Below are positions 27,737-41,004 of a stretch of 64,000 nucleotides of DNA, one piece after another. The notes beneath the pieces were generated by a model that searched no databases, had not been told where the DNA came from, and saw nothing but the letters and a program-made list of their open reading frames with translations. This stretch comes from Balanoglossus misakiensis (taxonomy: Eukaryota; Animalia; Hemichordata): the NCBI GenBank assembly GCA_040954595.2, contig CM082591.2:8812001-8876000 (forward strand), written 5' to 3'. Every line of letters begins with the position of its first letter. Position 1 is the first letter of the stretch. A program made the translations under genes and the position numbers.

Positions 27737-28350
27737 GCACATAACACGAATAAAATATTTTTTATCTATCACCTAAGATTTCTCATTTATCTGGGTTTTT
27801 TTAATATTCCCCACCACCAATGCAACAGCCCCTTACATGAAGACTTAGCCTTTTAGTGATAGTATGTTGTATCGATAAAGAGCATATTGCAAACATATTG
27901 AAGGAAATGCCAATACAATTGCCAGGAAACAAATAGCGAGAGCACAAACATTTCCCAGAGTTCCGCTGTTGAAGATATCTTTTTTTTATCTTTATACTGC
28001 CCAAATATGTTTTTATTTTCTAGGAATAGAAAAACAACAACAAATATTTGACATTCAGGGGGTACCTAGACTCTATGGCAGTCGCTGTGCCTGTCGATAA
28101 GGAATGAAATTTTCATACTGCATACGACGCGCTGCCGCGCCAGGCAAAGCCACTAGCGACTGTGTGATTAGCGTCGCGTCCATATGACGTTCTAGCGGAC
28201 GCGCATTTCAGTATTGGGGCAAGACTAGGGAATGGCCCGTAGCTTTGACGCCGGAGCTTCATGACACGGTGACAAACAATAGGGTGCAGCGCAGGTGCAA
28301 AACAAATTTAGTCTTTACATATGTTTCGACCATGCTCTGTCTGGTAATGA

Positions 28351-28613
28351 TTGGCTAGTCCCGCATATTACGTGACGGTGAGGAGCACATAAAAGAACGA
28401 GGCAATGAACACTCGAAAGTGAGGCAAGGGACAAGAACGTAAAGCAGCCAATGAATAAGCTGAATTCGGAACAGTAAATACTAATGAGACGAAATGACGT
28501 ATAGGCAGCCAATGACTGAACGGAAAGGGGACATAGGGACATTAGAGCTACCAATCACCGTGAGCGACGCAGGGGTTTAGGACACAAATTTTGGTCCCAC
28601 ATGAAATACGTCT
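28351..28613 (-). repeat. Right terminal inverted repeat (263 bp)
   Basis: TTGGCTAGTCCC...GGTCCCACATGAAATACGTCT, inverse of 24432-24694. Confidence 0.92.
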
Positions 28614-28759
28614 AGTCAAACATGGTAAATGCGTCCCGAACAGCAACACGCTCACTCTACCCACAGTCACTGTGCTCTACCTTTCTGTCGATCGTTTGCA
28701 TGTCAGTTTCACGTTGGCTCGTTACAATGCCCCTATGCTTATCGTAATTCCGGGATCGT

Positions 28760-29256
28760 AATTATTATTGTATTATTATTATGATTATTAGTTATCTTTA
28801 TTTCAGACACAACCGTCCATAGAAATAGGTTACAAAAAACTGACACAAACACTAGAAAAGTAATAAATAAAATAAATGTAAAGAATATAATAGTTTTAAG
28901 AATCAATGTAAAATGTCAATCCAGTGGGCATAAAGCGCATATCACATGAGACAAGACGATTGATAAAAACATTGGGACTAGAACAGAGACGAACAGAAAA
29001 ATTAAAAGCGACTTTTCTTCTCATGACGGAGAAGCAGTTTACGGCGTTTAGAACAAATGTTTTAGAGGCACTTTCGTGTCCGGGGTGACCAAGAAGTCTT
29101 CGAAGTGCATTGTTGTGACATACGATGATATTCTGGATATTATACAAATTAAAATCGCACCATAAATGAGAGTCATAAATGTTATTACAAAAGGTATTAA
29201 ATGAACGCAATTTCACATCGACAGAACACGAATTGAACTTTCTCAGGAGAAAATTA
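28760..29256 (-). mobile_element. 5'-truncated non-LTR retrotransposon (LINE) 3' end
   Basis: Reads NFLLRKFNSCSVDVKLRSF..IYDSHLW..HNNALRRLL..SASKTF..RK..F..R..S.N, typical of the LINE ORF2 C-terminus after RT; followed by AATAAA and a (TAA)n-like tail. Confidence 0.75.
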
Positions 29257-32200
29257 GGCCTAGCCCTTCCACACGTTATGTATTCGTGTTATGATAGTCC
29301 CACTGATCTGACAACACGCTCGCTTTTATTGTGGCCTTTTGTCCCGTTCGCCAGCACTGTGTATAGGCCCGCGTTTACCGTTAACAGACTATCCCGTTCG
29401 CCAACTTTACTGAACTGCAAATTGAAGAATCGGTCGGCCGGGGTCGCGTAAATTAAAGGCCGAACCGATAAGATTAAGTGCCGTAACGACTTGCTACCAA
29501 CTGGGAAGGCTACGAGCCAAGAGCATATTGCAGCTCAGTGTGGCAGGGCCGGTGGTGTGTCTTACGGGCGATGTCTCCACACACTGTACTGCTCTGTTTG
29601 ATAAGAGTGTCCAAGCATCGGACAAAGGTCATGTTCGGACTTATGTCTTAACTTTGCTTTGTAAACACATTACCAAAGTACAACCCACCCATGTTTGCGG
29701 AGAAATTAGATGAAGTCACATGGCGGAGTTCTCATCCTATCGGGATGCGTTTATCTCGGAATCGGCTGCTTTTCCATCGTCGAGTTTGATTTCATGTCCG
29801 ATTCACAGTCTAGTTATATGATGATCCCTGGTTGATATATATTTTTTCGGGCGGGGGGGGGGGGTGGTCATGGGATCAATAATTCGAGGCAGGAGAAGAA
29901 ATATGTCGACAGCGCAAATTGCCATTTTCTCGCTTTGTTTCGTCGATTTTGACAACTTCAAAAGAATTAAACTTCGCTCTGCATTGGTCGATTGGTCTTA
30001 AATTTTACCCATCTAACAAAACGACTTTGTAGTCGATAAAGTGCTCCCAGCTGGAATAAACGTTGATTCAATTCGACTCATCATGAATTTGATCCAATTT
30101 TCTAAAAACCTAACTTACGGGCGCTGTTACTTCTCAATGAACGCTGGAAACGTAACACAAACTGGTCGATTTTTCATACTTGTGCTCTAAGTAGGATGTG
30201 TGGCCAACATTGTGACTTAATTGTTTGTTATTGACCTAATACCAAACGAGCTGATATGACCTTGTTTCGAAAAACTGTCCCAAAACTGTCAAACTCGAAT
30301 ATTCAAACATCACCAAAATTGTACAATATCTTACATCAATCAGTATGAGGAACATGCTTACCAAAGTTCAGAGCAATCTAACAGGTGGTTTCACAGACAA
30401 AAACTTCTGACGAAAAATTGCAACCTATAGGCAGCTTTATACTGAATTTTTAGAGAAATCTGCCAATTACTTTCATAGAAGATGTGGAAAAAATGACAAA
30501 AGTCATAAAAAGTAGAAACTTATAGAGCTCTGTGATGTTGGTAGTAGATATATGCATACCAATTTTCAGAGCAATCTGACCAGTAGTTTCCAGCTAATGT
30601 GTCTGAGAACAGCCAAAACAGAGAACAGAACAGCCAAAGTGAGAGAACAGAATAGCCAAAACTATCAACAGCGTTTAACTCCACATCTGTAAGCAGACAA
30701 TTTGTTGGAGCGATATTCAGGTCCTAAGAAAACTCAAACTTCAATCAGACGGAACACACTGGTCATCACAATTGCCTTCTGATTGGAATCTGTATGGAAA
30801 AGCAACAACAAATACTGATCCTTGTCTGAAATCAAAGAGACAGACAAAAGCACTCATTTTATCAGAATATTTATTTTAAGTATGCAAAAATCCTTACATG
30901 ATATCTCTGTCTATTTATTTATCATGATAGGAAAATTGTTGGAATAAAAATATCAAAGATATTCCTTCCTAATGCTGCATATAATATTTACATACTCTGG
31001 CAGTCTTGTAAGTACAATGAAATGTTAGTCAAAAGCTCTTCTTAAGAACTGAGTAATTCTCAGTACAAAAAGCAATATGTGGAAAATACCAACTTAGCAT
31101 CTTAGGGAAAATAAAAGAAATAAAGAAATTGAGGAATGGTGTCCCCCCCCCTCCCCTTCAGCACTATACATGATTCTACAGCCTCATGGGGTCATTCTTC
31201 ACACACACATAAAATGAATGGCTGATTACATGAAATATTTTCGAAAGTCAATAAGTGGTCACGAAAGGCTCTTGTTTTTGTAAAAATAAAAAAATGTTAG
31301 GAAATTCAAGAAAAGTAGAAAGCAATGTTATGTGAATATTGATATTAAAAACACTTGATTTTAATCGTTTGGCAACTATGGTAACTTCCTTATAACAGAC
31401 TATATTTCTTCACATGCATCTAATAGTTTGATTCTAACATACTTGTCGTGGGTGTCGCCGTTCACCACAAAACCCACCAAAATGGTTTAAAGGTTTCACA
31501 AGACATAGGCCTATAACATTTCTTAACTGACATTGAACAGGGACATCATCAGTTCATATGTGTGGCCGGTCTGGCTACACAAGGGAACTGCTAAATTACA
31601 CACATGTATGGGAGTTCACCTACAACAGAAGACACCAAAATTCATGCAAGTGAAAAATACAGAAGTACAATTGAAGACTTGACGCAGGTTCACACACCAA
31701 TTACATGTGCTGAAATGAGCCAGTAGAATGCACCAATATTAAAAGCTTCAAGCTACAGGTAAAGTACAAGGAAAACTAACCTGAAATTGAACAGAGACTC
31801 TTCAGTTCATACATGTGGCCGGTCTGCATACAGAGGTGAACTGACTAAGTATATGCATGGGGTCCTTTTATATCAGCAATCTACACTATGGTGGCGCATT
31901 AGCTTGAGTTCATTAGTCAAATGAAACATCCTGGTGGTTTGCATATAATTGAGATCATCAAATAGAATGTAAGTTCTATCATTACTAGAAAGGTGTTCAC
32001 ATGAATAAATGATTAAATGATGACTGCAAAGAATACAGGTGTTACATACATACAGATATTATATATATATTCAAGTGAACAAATGGTTCGGTCCAAATCC
32101 ATTGTTTCCTGTGGGAAAGTTGGATGTCTACACAGGGAATTGGGTGAAAGGTGAGAGTGCTAAGAAAATAGGTCAATGGTAATTTTCCATTTTTATCTAA

Positions 32201-33175
32201 ATTGAATACATGTGTGGGCTTAATCTTTTCCAATAATGCTGACACACAAAAAGTTAATTGTTTTACCAAACTTTCCTTGAGAGTTGAATGAAGGCACTTG
32301 ATATTAGCACAGAGACCGATTTTTTCCACACACCACTTTTCTCTTTTCATAGAGCTCCATTCAAATTTTGTACACAACAATTGTCACTACCCAAGCCCAA
32401 ACTTTCAAATTACAATGTGACATTTCAAAACACTGTTAGACTCCCCAATGAAACATTAACTCTGGATCAGCATCCCTTCAAATTAGTGATAGCCCTGGGG
32501 TGAGTTTCATTAATTTTGTTATAATGGTGTTTTTTAATTGTTTGGCTGTGACAGAAATTACTACATGGAAGTATAAACATGTTATGTCCACACATATGCT
32601 GTAGGTTCAGCTTCAATTCAATTTTCATCAATCAGATCATAACAAATTATTCAACAGAAAAAAAAACAAAAAATGAACATCAAGAGCTGGTGACTTAATG
32701 GCTTTCACATGATAAATATATACGTGTGAACATTGCCCCATGCTAGAGTGTAATATTAACACGTCTCATACAACCTACAATTCTCTGTATATAACGAAAC
32801 ACATTCATTATAGCTGGATTAGTTGGTTCACAGGTAATCTGTAACCAGATAGGCTGACTTGAGCAATCCATGTTTTTGCAAGAGTTGTATTTTCACTGTT
32901 ATATTGTGACTTCTTTGATGTAATGCTCAACTGAACACAAGAGTATCAGAATTGGACAGATGAATGACCAATAACACAAAGTCTGTGATTGGGGAATACA
33001 AATGATAAGTACACAACTGGAAGTTCTGTCACTCAAAGTTATGTCTATTGCTCTCTTCCCTGAGGGAGCGATAGAGAGCAACTTTAGAGATACGTTCTCC
33101 AATTTACTGATCAGGAATAATTGAAATATTAGTCTAGTATATAGCTGTATTTTGTCTGCTTGCTTCAAAAAAACT

Positions 33176-33464
33176 ATGCATGCCACTGCCCCAATAAAGC
33201 CTGATACCCCTTGCTGGGAATTGAGATGTAATTAGCATTACTTTGAAGTCAATCACAGACTTTGTTTTTCCAATGATTGGTCAAAGGATACATATGTGTG
33301 ATTGAGGATGGGTACCATTTTGAATTGAAATTAGCCTAGCCTTCACTGTAACTTTACACACACTCGCCATTGATCAGTTTATGTGTGTGACTTCAAGGGG
33401 GATGCTAGTTACATCACAATTCCCAGCAAGGGCTATCAGGCTTTATTGGGCCAGTGGCATGCAT
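33176..33464. mobile_element. Palindromic MITE with ~75-bp TIRs
   Basis: ATGCATGCCACTGCCCCAATAAAGCCTGATA... / ...TATCAGGCTTTATTGGGCCAGTGGCATGCAT. Confidence 0.75.
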
Positions 33465-33508
33465 GACTCTAGATGTTCGTTTTGGAAGCAGAAAAAACTG
33501 GCTATATA

Positions 33509-33709
33509 CTGTAAAACATGAAATGTTTGCAACAGGAAATTTTCGCAATATCAAAAACTGTTATGCAACGATTAATTTTCGCATTCTCGAATTTCAATTC
33601 ATCATTATTTCTGAAAAACATTTTTATGCGACTTTTTAGTTTTCAGGTTTTTTTGGCTCTTGCATGATTCGTGCAAAATTATCGCTCATGAAAATTTCCT
33701 GTTTTACAG
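33509..33709. mobile_element. Tc1/mariner-type MITE
   Basis: TA|CTGTAAAACATGAAAT ... ATTTCCTGTTTTACAG|TA; TA TSD. Confidence 0.75.
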
Positions 33710-34251
33710 TACATCTTAAGTATCTTTTTTTCACACCAGAAGACAATGCATAGTTGCTTTGTGTATGGCAGACTTTGTATTACGATAGACACTGACAACC
33801 AGTTACATCTGTCTAGCATACAAATATGGTCATATTGAAATAAGGCATTACAATGAAAACAAAGTAAAGCTAATGCAAGAACTAGTACAGAACAAATCTA
33901 TTCTGTTACTACACTGGAATAACCATTCCGTGTTATTTGATCTGTTTAAAAATTATTTTCTTTTATAATCAAGGAACTAAACACTGAAGAATGAATGGAG
34001 GTGATAGCTTTGGAATGGATGTGTGTGTACAGGAAATACTGATGAGAATGATAAATATTCCAAATCCCCAACACTTGACTGTCTTGAATATTTGAAAATT
34101 CCTGCATACCTTGAGAAATTTCTGACATTTCTTTGGGGATCTGGGTTTCATTTAGTATGGGGATCCGGGTTTCATTTAGTATATAGAAGTTACAATGGTA
34201 ATGAAGGCATGAACAGTCTCCTGTTCATTATAGTCAGTTTCCTGTATGAAT

Positions 34252-35842
34252 TTATTGATTCAGAATATCAAAAAGACTCATGTCATCAGCCAGCAGACTA
34301 CTACTTGATTGTTGCTGTGTTTGTTGCATGCTGGCCGGGTGCCAAGCCCATCTGAGGTACCTGTGGTCACGGCTGTGGCTGGTGTCGCCATGTTTGTTGT
34401 GTTGCTGCTGGTTGTTGTGGTGGTGGTGGTGGTGGAATGCTTACTTGTGTTCCGTTGGCTTGTTGTTGCTGCTGCTATTGAATGCAAACAAAATGGCTTT
34501 CTTTTTAAAGTCACTTCACAGAATGTGGTAATGTGTCAGGAGACAGCTCTGTTTAACGTTGTTCACATTTGTCAATCAGACTGAAATTTAGGGCGGCATA
34601 TAGTAACTATGGCAAATAGATTTAGGCTGTGTCTAAAATTTGATGGTTAGTTTCAGGACCCCCATTGACCTAATTAATTATGTACATGCCTAATTCTACA
34701 CTAACCAATCGATCTTTAGATTTTGTAGGACATAAATCAGTTTAGGATCAACACTTTTTGACAAAATTTTGGGTATCCACAGCAGATAATCCTTGGCATT
34801 CTGTAGTAACCCTGGGAATCGCTTGTGCCAGGTGAACACTGCTTGCAGCTTTAATTCACTATGTAATCAGATGCAGACATTTTGAAAACAACGTGATTTA
34901 AATTCTAAGGAAACTTTTGTTAAAGGGTTATGATCGACTAATGCGCATGTGCTAAAGCAGAAACTCTGGGTACAAAAACTTTATCAATGACACAATTCTG
35001 TCTATACAACAGACAATATGGCGGCAACCATAGTCTGTGTTGTAGATTTGGAAAAGACAGCAAATTAAGTGAAAAGAAGAGACAAAACAAAAGTCTTCTT
35101 ATATGGTGTGCAAGAAATATGGAAGGAAGCGAAGGCAATCCACTATTTGAATGCACACATAAAATTTGCAGATATTTGGATTGGACGTTATTTTGTACAC
35201 ACAAATTACGCACATGTGCCTAAGAGTAAGAGGATTGTCGGCATTTAAAACTCACTAACTGTCTGCCAGAGGTTATCATCAGTGCTTCCACACTGGTACC
35301 ATGGAACAACTAGAAGTGTCAAAAATAAGACTGAGACAAGATTTGTTGTATTCCTCTGTCTAATTTAGGTCTGCTTTGGGCAAACAGTGCATTGAGTTTA
35401 TTCTGTGTGACTGTCAGGTCCCCAATACATTAAAATAAGTTTGGGAATGGAACAGACTATGTTATTTGTAACATCAAGAAAGCTCCTTTTTTGAGAAAAA
35501 TGATTTCATTTTTCCCCACATAACAATTCCCAGGAGTGACACAGGTTTCAGTCTTGGTTTTCAAAGTATTCACTGTTCACATTATTGTGACAACTTACTT
35601 GTAAAAGGTGTCTTAGTTGCTGATGTGTTGATTTTACATTGGATGGCTGTGCTGGCACTGCTTGTTGTTGTTGTTGTTGGGCTCTCTGTTGTTGTAACCT
35701 TTGTAATTGCTGTTGTTGTTGATGTTGTTGTCTTAGTGCTATGAGTTGACTTTGTCTTGCATGTTGATCTTGCTGTTGTTTCAATTCAATTTCTTTTTTT
35801 CTGTGCCATCTCTAGATTCTTCTGCAGTGCTTGAATATTCCT
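34252..35842 (-). pseudogene. MED25: Disabled copy of the last two coding exons of a MED25-like gene (35599-35842, 34252-34474)
   Basis: Canonical AG/GT borders; RNIQALQKNLEMAQKKE, Gln-rich tract, QLRHLLQ (LxxLL box) and terminal LLADDMSLFDILNQ* resemble my recollection of MED25 C-termini. A7 frameshift at ~35794-35800, in-frame TGA at 34367-34369 and a second frameshift. Confidence 0.5.
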
Positions 35843-36998
35843 CTGAAAGATCAAACAAAGAAAAGTGTAAACAGTCAAACATTGTCATGTGTCAATCTAC
35901 CTACAGGTAACATGACTACAGGAGCCTCAGCCAATCCAAGCTTTTCACTTGTGAGACTATTGAAATCAATTTAAAGCTCAGTAACTCCAACTTCGGGTTA
36001 TTTCCTCAATAATTTTGTTTTGGTGGTCACCTTTCATTGAACAATGAATGGGCAAGTGCTCGCTCACTTCTTCAGTGAATTTCACTGTTGGTTTATCTTA
36101 TCATAACAACTTGGGCACCGCAGTCCTTTGGACAAAAATATTCATGTGTGGTGATTTAAAATCAATGTTGCAAGAAGCAGAATTAATCACAGGATTAACG
36201 GCTTCTGATTGAAAAATACTAAATGCTTAATATGTCATATGTCGCACACAGAGTGATCACATTAGTCAATTGGACCGCTGTTCCAACGGACTAAAATGAT
36301 TGTAACGTTTTAATATTATATTTATTTTACAAAACCTTGCATCTGAGCTTTACTTTAAAGTACTTCCATTTACTAGTAGTAAAAGTACATATCAGTTAAC
36401 ATTGACAGCTAGGCATGACGTCATAGATGTAGGACTTCAAAACTGACATTCTGAACAGTGGGGGCGCTCTATCATAGTGGGTTTTAATGAACATGTGTAT
36501 TTAATTTCATGAATCAGATATATCGATGAAAACTGCGTATTTTAACATACGCTTATAGTTAATGCATTTGCAGTATCTAGTCATATTACAGTAATACACC
36601 AGACATGTTCTTAACTCAACTCAATGTGTGTAAGTTCAATTTCTGACCATACTCAGATTACCCAAGTCCCTGTGACCAACTATACTGCAAGTATACAGAA
36701 TTGAACTCCGGAAAAACTAGTCACCTTCAATACTTGAACTGGAGCCACATCCAAAACTTGACTTTGAGATCTTTTATCAAATCAGTTCTCCATTTAGAAT
36801 TAGAACTCCCATGCAATTTTTGTGACAGGAGAGAAAATTTAAATTGGACACCTGCAATCTGAATAATTTCTTCAGTCCCTTTGGTGTTAGACGGGTTTGA
36901 CTGTACTTGAAAGTGCAGTTGATATACACAACAAAAATGCAAAACAATATAATTGTAGACAGTCAGAATTTTGAGGCTGGGAATCATTTACATAGTTA

Positions 36999-37805
36999 GG
37001 CTGCATTCACAAACACCTCTGGAGGGGGGGGGGGGGCGGGAGAATTCAATTTTTTTACCGCTAATTTTCACATGCCCCCCTTCCAAACTGCCAATATTTT
37101 CAAATCCCCCCCTTCCGAACTGCCAAAATTTTGAAATCCCCCCCCCCCATTTTCTTTCACAGAGCAAAACACATCACCTATCTATCTTGTAAAAAGAAAA
37201 ACAGCACTCCCATGAAAAGAATTTGAAACTGATGTTTCCCCTCATCAGTGGGTATTAAAACTGAATATTGTTTTTATTTTTTAAGTACATATATTTGTAT
37301 TCTGTGTTGGGAGACATTGTAAACCGATAATTGAAGGGGGGTGGGTTTGGGAGGGTGTGTCCCCCTCCCACGTAAGAAAATTTTCTAAAATACAGAGCTC
37401 AAAGCTGCATTTTAATGAACCGGCAAAAGCAAATTAACTCAACTACCGGTATGTTGGGGAGGACAAATTTAACCGTCGCCGCTCAAAGTTATCATGGGGT
37501 GGGGGCAAGTCCCCTGACCTGGGACACTAGATAAACCAGTCAATGATTGAAAGGTGTTGATGAATGGAGGGCTGGGTGTGGGAGGGGGTGTCCCCCTCCC
37601 ACATTAGAAAATTTTGTAAAATAAAGGGCGCGAAACTGCATTTTTGTGGACTCAAAATAAATATTTAGTCGTTAAAGTTTTCAAGTCCCCCACTTTCAGT
37701 CCCTAAATTATTTCAAATCCCCCCCCATACATACCCTTAATTTTTTCAAATCCCCCCCTCAATTCTCCTGCCCCCCCCCCTCCAGAGGTGTTTGTGAATG
37801 CAGCC
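36999..37805. mobile_element. Harbinger/Tourist-type MITE, 807 bp
   Basis: TTA|GGCTGCATTCACAAACACCTCTGGAGGGG... and ...CCTCCAGAGGTGTTTGTGAATGCAGCC|TTA; TTA TSD. Confidence 0.9.
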
Positions 37806-38196
37806 TTACCAGAGTCAATACTGTCACAGTAGTCCATTTCTCTATGTACCAAATTGTAATAAAACATTGCTATGCAGTCATGTTACCCTTCCAAGTCGCG
37901 AACACGAGGCCAGAGTAAAAACTTGATTGTCTTGTGTATCAACACTATAGTTGGGACTGACTTTCGACAGCCACATTTTATTGTAAGGTCAGTTTTACAC
38001 TCAACTTGTATCATGTATACAACAAACTAGATGAGCTCGAGCAGTACTCTGTAACCTACTGGCCTCCTTTTTCACATTGTCTGCTTGGAGATGACACCTT
38101 ATTTTGGAAGTGTGCCCTCTTTATGAAAAAGTGTATAATGTCATAATTCATGAAGTGTTCTGTTACATGTGTAACAGACAGAAATCAACACAAGTG

Positions 38197-38348
38197 CAGT
38201 CAAACCTGTCTATTGTGGCTAGTGAAGGGACTTTCCTAAACTGGCCATTATACCTGGTAAAAAAGTCAATTAATGTAGATATAAATTACACAGGGACTAG
38301 AATAATGTGGCCACTATATAGAGGTGGCCACTCACAGAGGTTTGACTG
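38197..38348. mobile_element. Short Tc1/mariner-type MITE
   Basis: CAGTCAAACCT ... AGGTTTGACTG|TA. Confidence 0.6.
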
Positions 38349-38489
38349 TATGTTAATTTGTGCCATGAATAGCAGACATTTACCAATGACAGTACAATGT
38401 ATGATTTCAGTGTCACATATCCATGTATTAGACACTTACATTGTACAAACACATACATCTTACTTTCTCTCCAAATTGTAGATACTCAC

Positions 38490-38599
38490 CAACACGTGTA
38501 TGTTGAATCCTGGTCTGCAACCACACTGGTAACGGGCTGGTGTGTTGTAACATACTTGTTGGCATGGCGACCAACCAGCTTGATTGCACTCATTGTCAT
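38490..38599 (-). pseudogene. Calcium-binding EGF exon, frameshifted
   Basis: DDNECNQAGWSPCQQVCYNTPARYQCGCRPGF; 110 bp (not 3n) and the sixth Cys is out of frame. Confidence 0.7.
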
Positions 38600-39040
38600 C
38601 TGTGGGGAAAACACAAATATCATAAATTGTGTATGAATGAATACATCTGAATTACAGTTGTCCTTGAGTGCACATTTGAAAATATACGACAAGAGAAAAA
38701 AATTGAAAGAAACTTAATAAATATCATCTGGCATATAACTTGGTCATATCATATGTTTATCTGTACCAGTACTGTATACTGATGAACAAACAATGTAGTA
38801 ACCACATTACATTTTACAAGCTAGTGTTCTGCAAGCCAAAAATATCACACACGAGACAACAAACTCAATTTTTTTTAAATGTGTAACTTTGGAAAGTGCC
38901 TGATAACTTGTATTTATTATTTTTTTACATGGTGACTCGCTGTAATCTTTGTCACTTACAACTTGTTTAAGCGCCCTTTTGAGGCAGGAAATTCCAAGCC
39001 ATTGTTGGCCAATCCCCTCCCCACTCAAATAAAAACTTAC

Positions 39041-39160
39041 CTAAACAATTGACATGATCTGCACTCATAGAGAAACCATCATCACCACAATTACAGCTAA
39101 ATCCACCCTCTGCATTGAGACAACCTCCAACACAGACAGAATCTGAACACTCATTCACAT
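39041..39160 (-). CDS. Calcium-binding EGF-like exon (phase 1-1, orphan)
   Basis: DVNECSDSVCVGGCLNAEGGFSCNCGDDGFSMSADHVNCL with TTTCAG acceptor and GTAAGT donor; 120 bp. Confidence 0.75.
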
Positions 39161-41004
39161 CTGAAAATAGAGAAAAAAAACATCCATTGTAATTATTCAA
39201 GTCAATACCAATCCTCCCTTCCATTAACAATTTTCCTAAAGGGAACAAATTCACATGGCTTTGAAATTAAGTATTAACAGTGATATTTTAATATTTCTAA
39301 CGGACACGACTTTTATAAACGTTGAGTCTTTTTGTGGATTTGTAGAAATTATCTACAAACTGAGCTGTCAGGTCATGGCTGTTTGTGCTTTGGCATGCAC
39401 ACATATCCCAGAATGCCCAACAGGGTTGGCAGTGAAATTGATAAACTCTTCACCTAAGATTTCAAACTCGTAGATCTCAATAGATTCTCACACTCCTGGC
39501 ATGCTGAGAGTGTGGGATCAGAGTGTGAGAACAAATCAATCCCACATTCTCACTGAATCGAAAGCTGTATATGATGCGAGCGCTGATTGGATGACAAAGC
39601 GTTATTTAATAACGTGCGCTAAATGTTATCCAATGACGTGATACAGAAACTACAATGTGCCAGATGACAGTTCAAGAGTCATTTATTCTATGTTTTAAGA
39701 CGAATTGGGCTAATTTATGGCCATGTGAGAAATATAATCTCACACACCAAGGTCCTGGGATCATATTTCGCACACTCGTCAGGGATATTTTGTCCCACAC
39801 TCGCCTGCAGCTTGTTTGGGACAGAAAATCCACAATTCATGTGAGAACTATGAAATTTGTACAGTCCTATGAACCTAAAACATGAAAAAAAAAATGTTTG
39901 CTTGTTGGTAGTTTCCCGGAACAATTAAAAACCGCGTCTCCTCATCAATTTTGACATTTTGAAAGATGCTAAACAAAACTCATATTTTGGCCTTATCGGT
40001 AGCAGAGTGACGTCATTTTCTGGGTAGCCAGAACTCACTTCCGCCACAGCATTTGGGTGTTTCACATTTCTCCGTTGTTGCTGGCTTATCTGTCGACAAG
40101 CAAGGTAACGTAAATAAGGGATTTATAAGTGGCCTTGACAGTGACCTTCACATAAGACTTCTTGACCCTATAACCTTTCATGTGATGAGCAGTTGCCAAA
40201 ATAACTTTCTCTTTGTGACCAATCCAGACCGAACACTTTTCTATTCTACTACACAGAACAAACTAAACGCAAAGTAACTCATGAAGGAAAACGCTGACAA
40301 AATCTATGCCTACCAGTAATTTTCAAATCAGGTAACTGCATCTGAATTTATACAAATTAATTGAATATTGCCTTTGTGGTTGTCTGATGTCAAATTTTAA
40401 TTGAAGAGTTGTTGTGTTAGAGTTAACTTGCGTGAATTGCTTGCCTTTCATTCTGACAGTCAAGTATAATTTGAGGATGCAGCTCCCACTTCTAGATTGA
40501 AAATATGAAATATTTAAAATATATGTATTTATATTTTAATGTAAAACACTATATCACAAGTCATCCTTTCACCAGAGGTGGGCCAAACCGTAAAGGAAAC
40601 TGTGAACAATCATTCAATGCTCAGATATTTGGATTGACAACTCTACTCTTTGGCACAATATTAAATTTCAAACATTTTTGAATACAGCAATAAATGCATT
40701 TAATATTGCATGTATTAAATTTTGCTATTTTACAATTGGGGCCAGTGGGTGAGCATTTCAAGAAAAGAAAAGTCACTGTTTGTTCCTTTGATTTGCGTAT
40801 CATTTGATCACTGCAACCGTACACTTTCATTGACGAGAAGTGTCAAAACATCCACAGGTCTATTCATTGAATGTGAGGTGCAAAGCTAGAAATGGAGATG
40901 TTACAAGTAGTGCACGAGCGTCGTATGTGGAAATCTAATGGTTGGAGGCGAGAAATAAAAATCGCATTGTTTGTTGTTTGCACATGCGCACAAAGTCATT
41001 AAAT

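Larger units (their letters stand above)
24432..28613. mobile_element. PIF/Harbinger-type (PHIS group) two-gene DNA transposon, ~4.18 kb
   Basis: 263-bp inverted repeats enclose a DDE transposase (-) and a Myb/SANT-like gene (+), each followed by AATAAA. No clean 3-bp TSD (left AAA, right AGT). Confidence 0.85.

Noticed and set aside
24491-28554. Matching ORFs MVALMSLCPLS on opposite strands
   Set aside because: Incidental translations of the two inverted repeats.
36999-37805. TTA-TSD MITEs as derivatives of the 24-28 kb element
   Set aside because: Their TIRs show no similarity to AGACGTATTTCATG.
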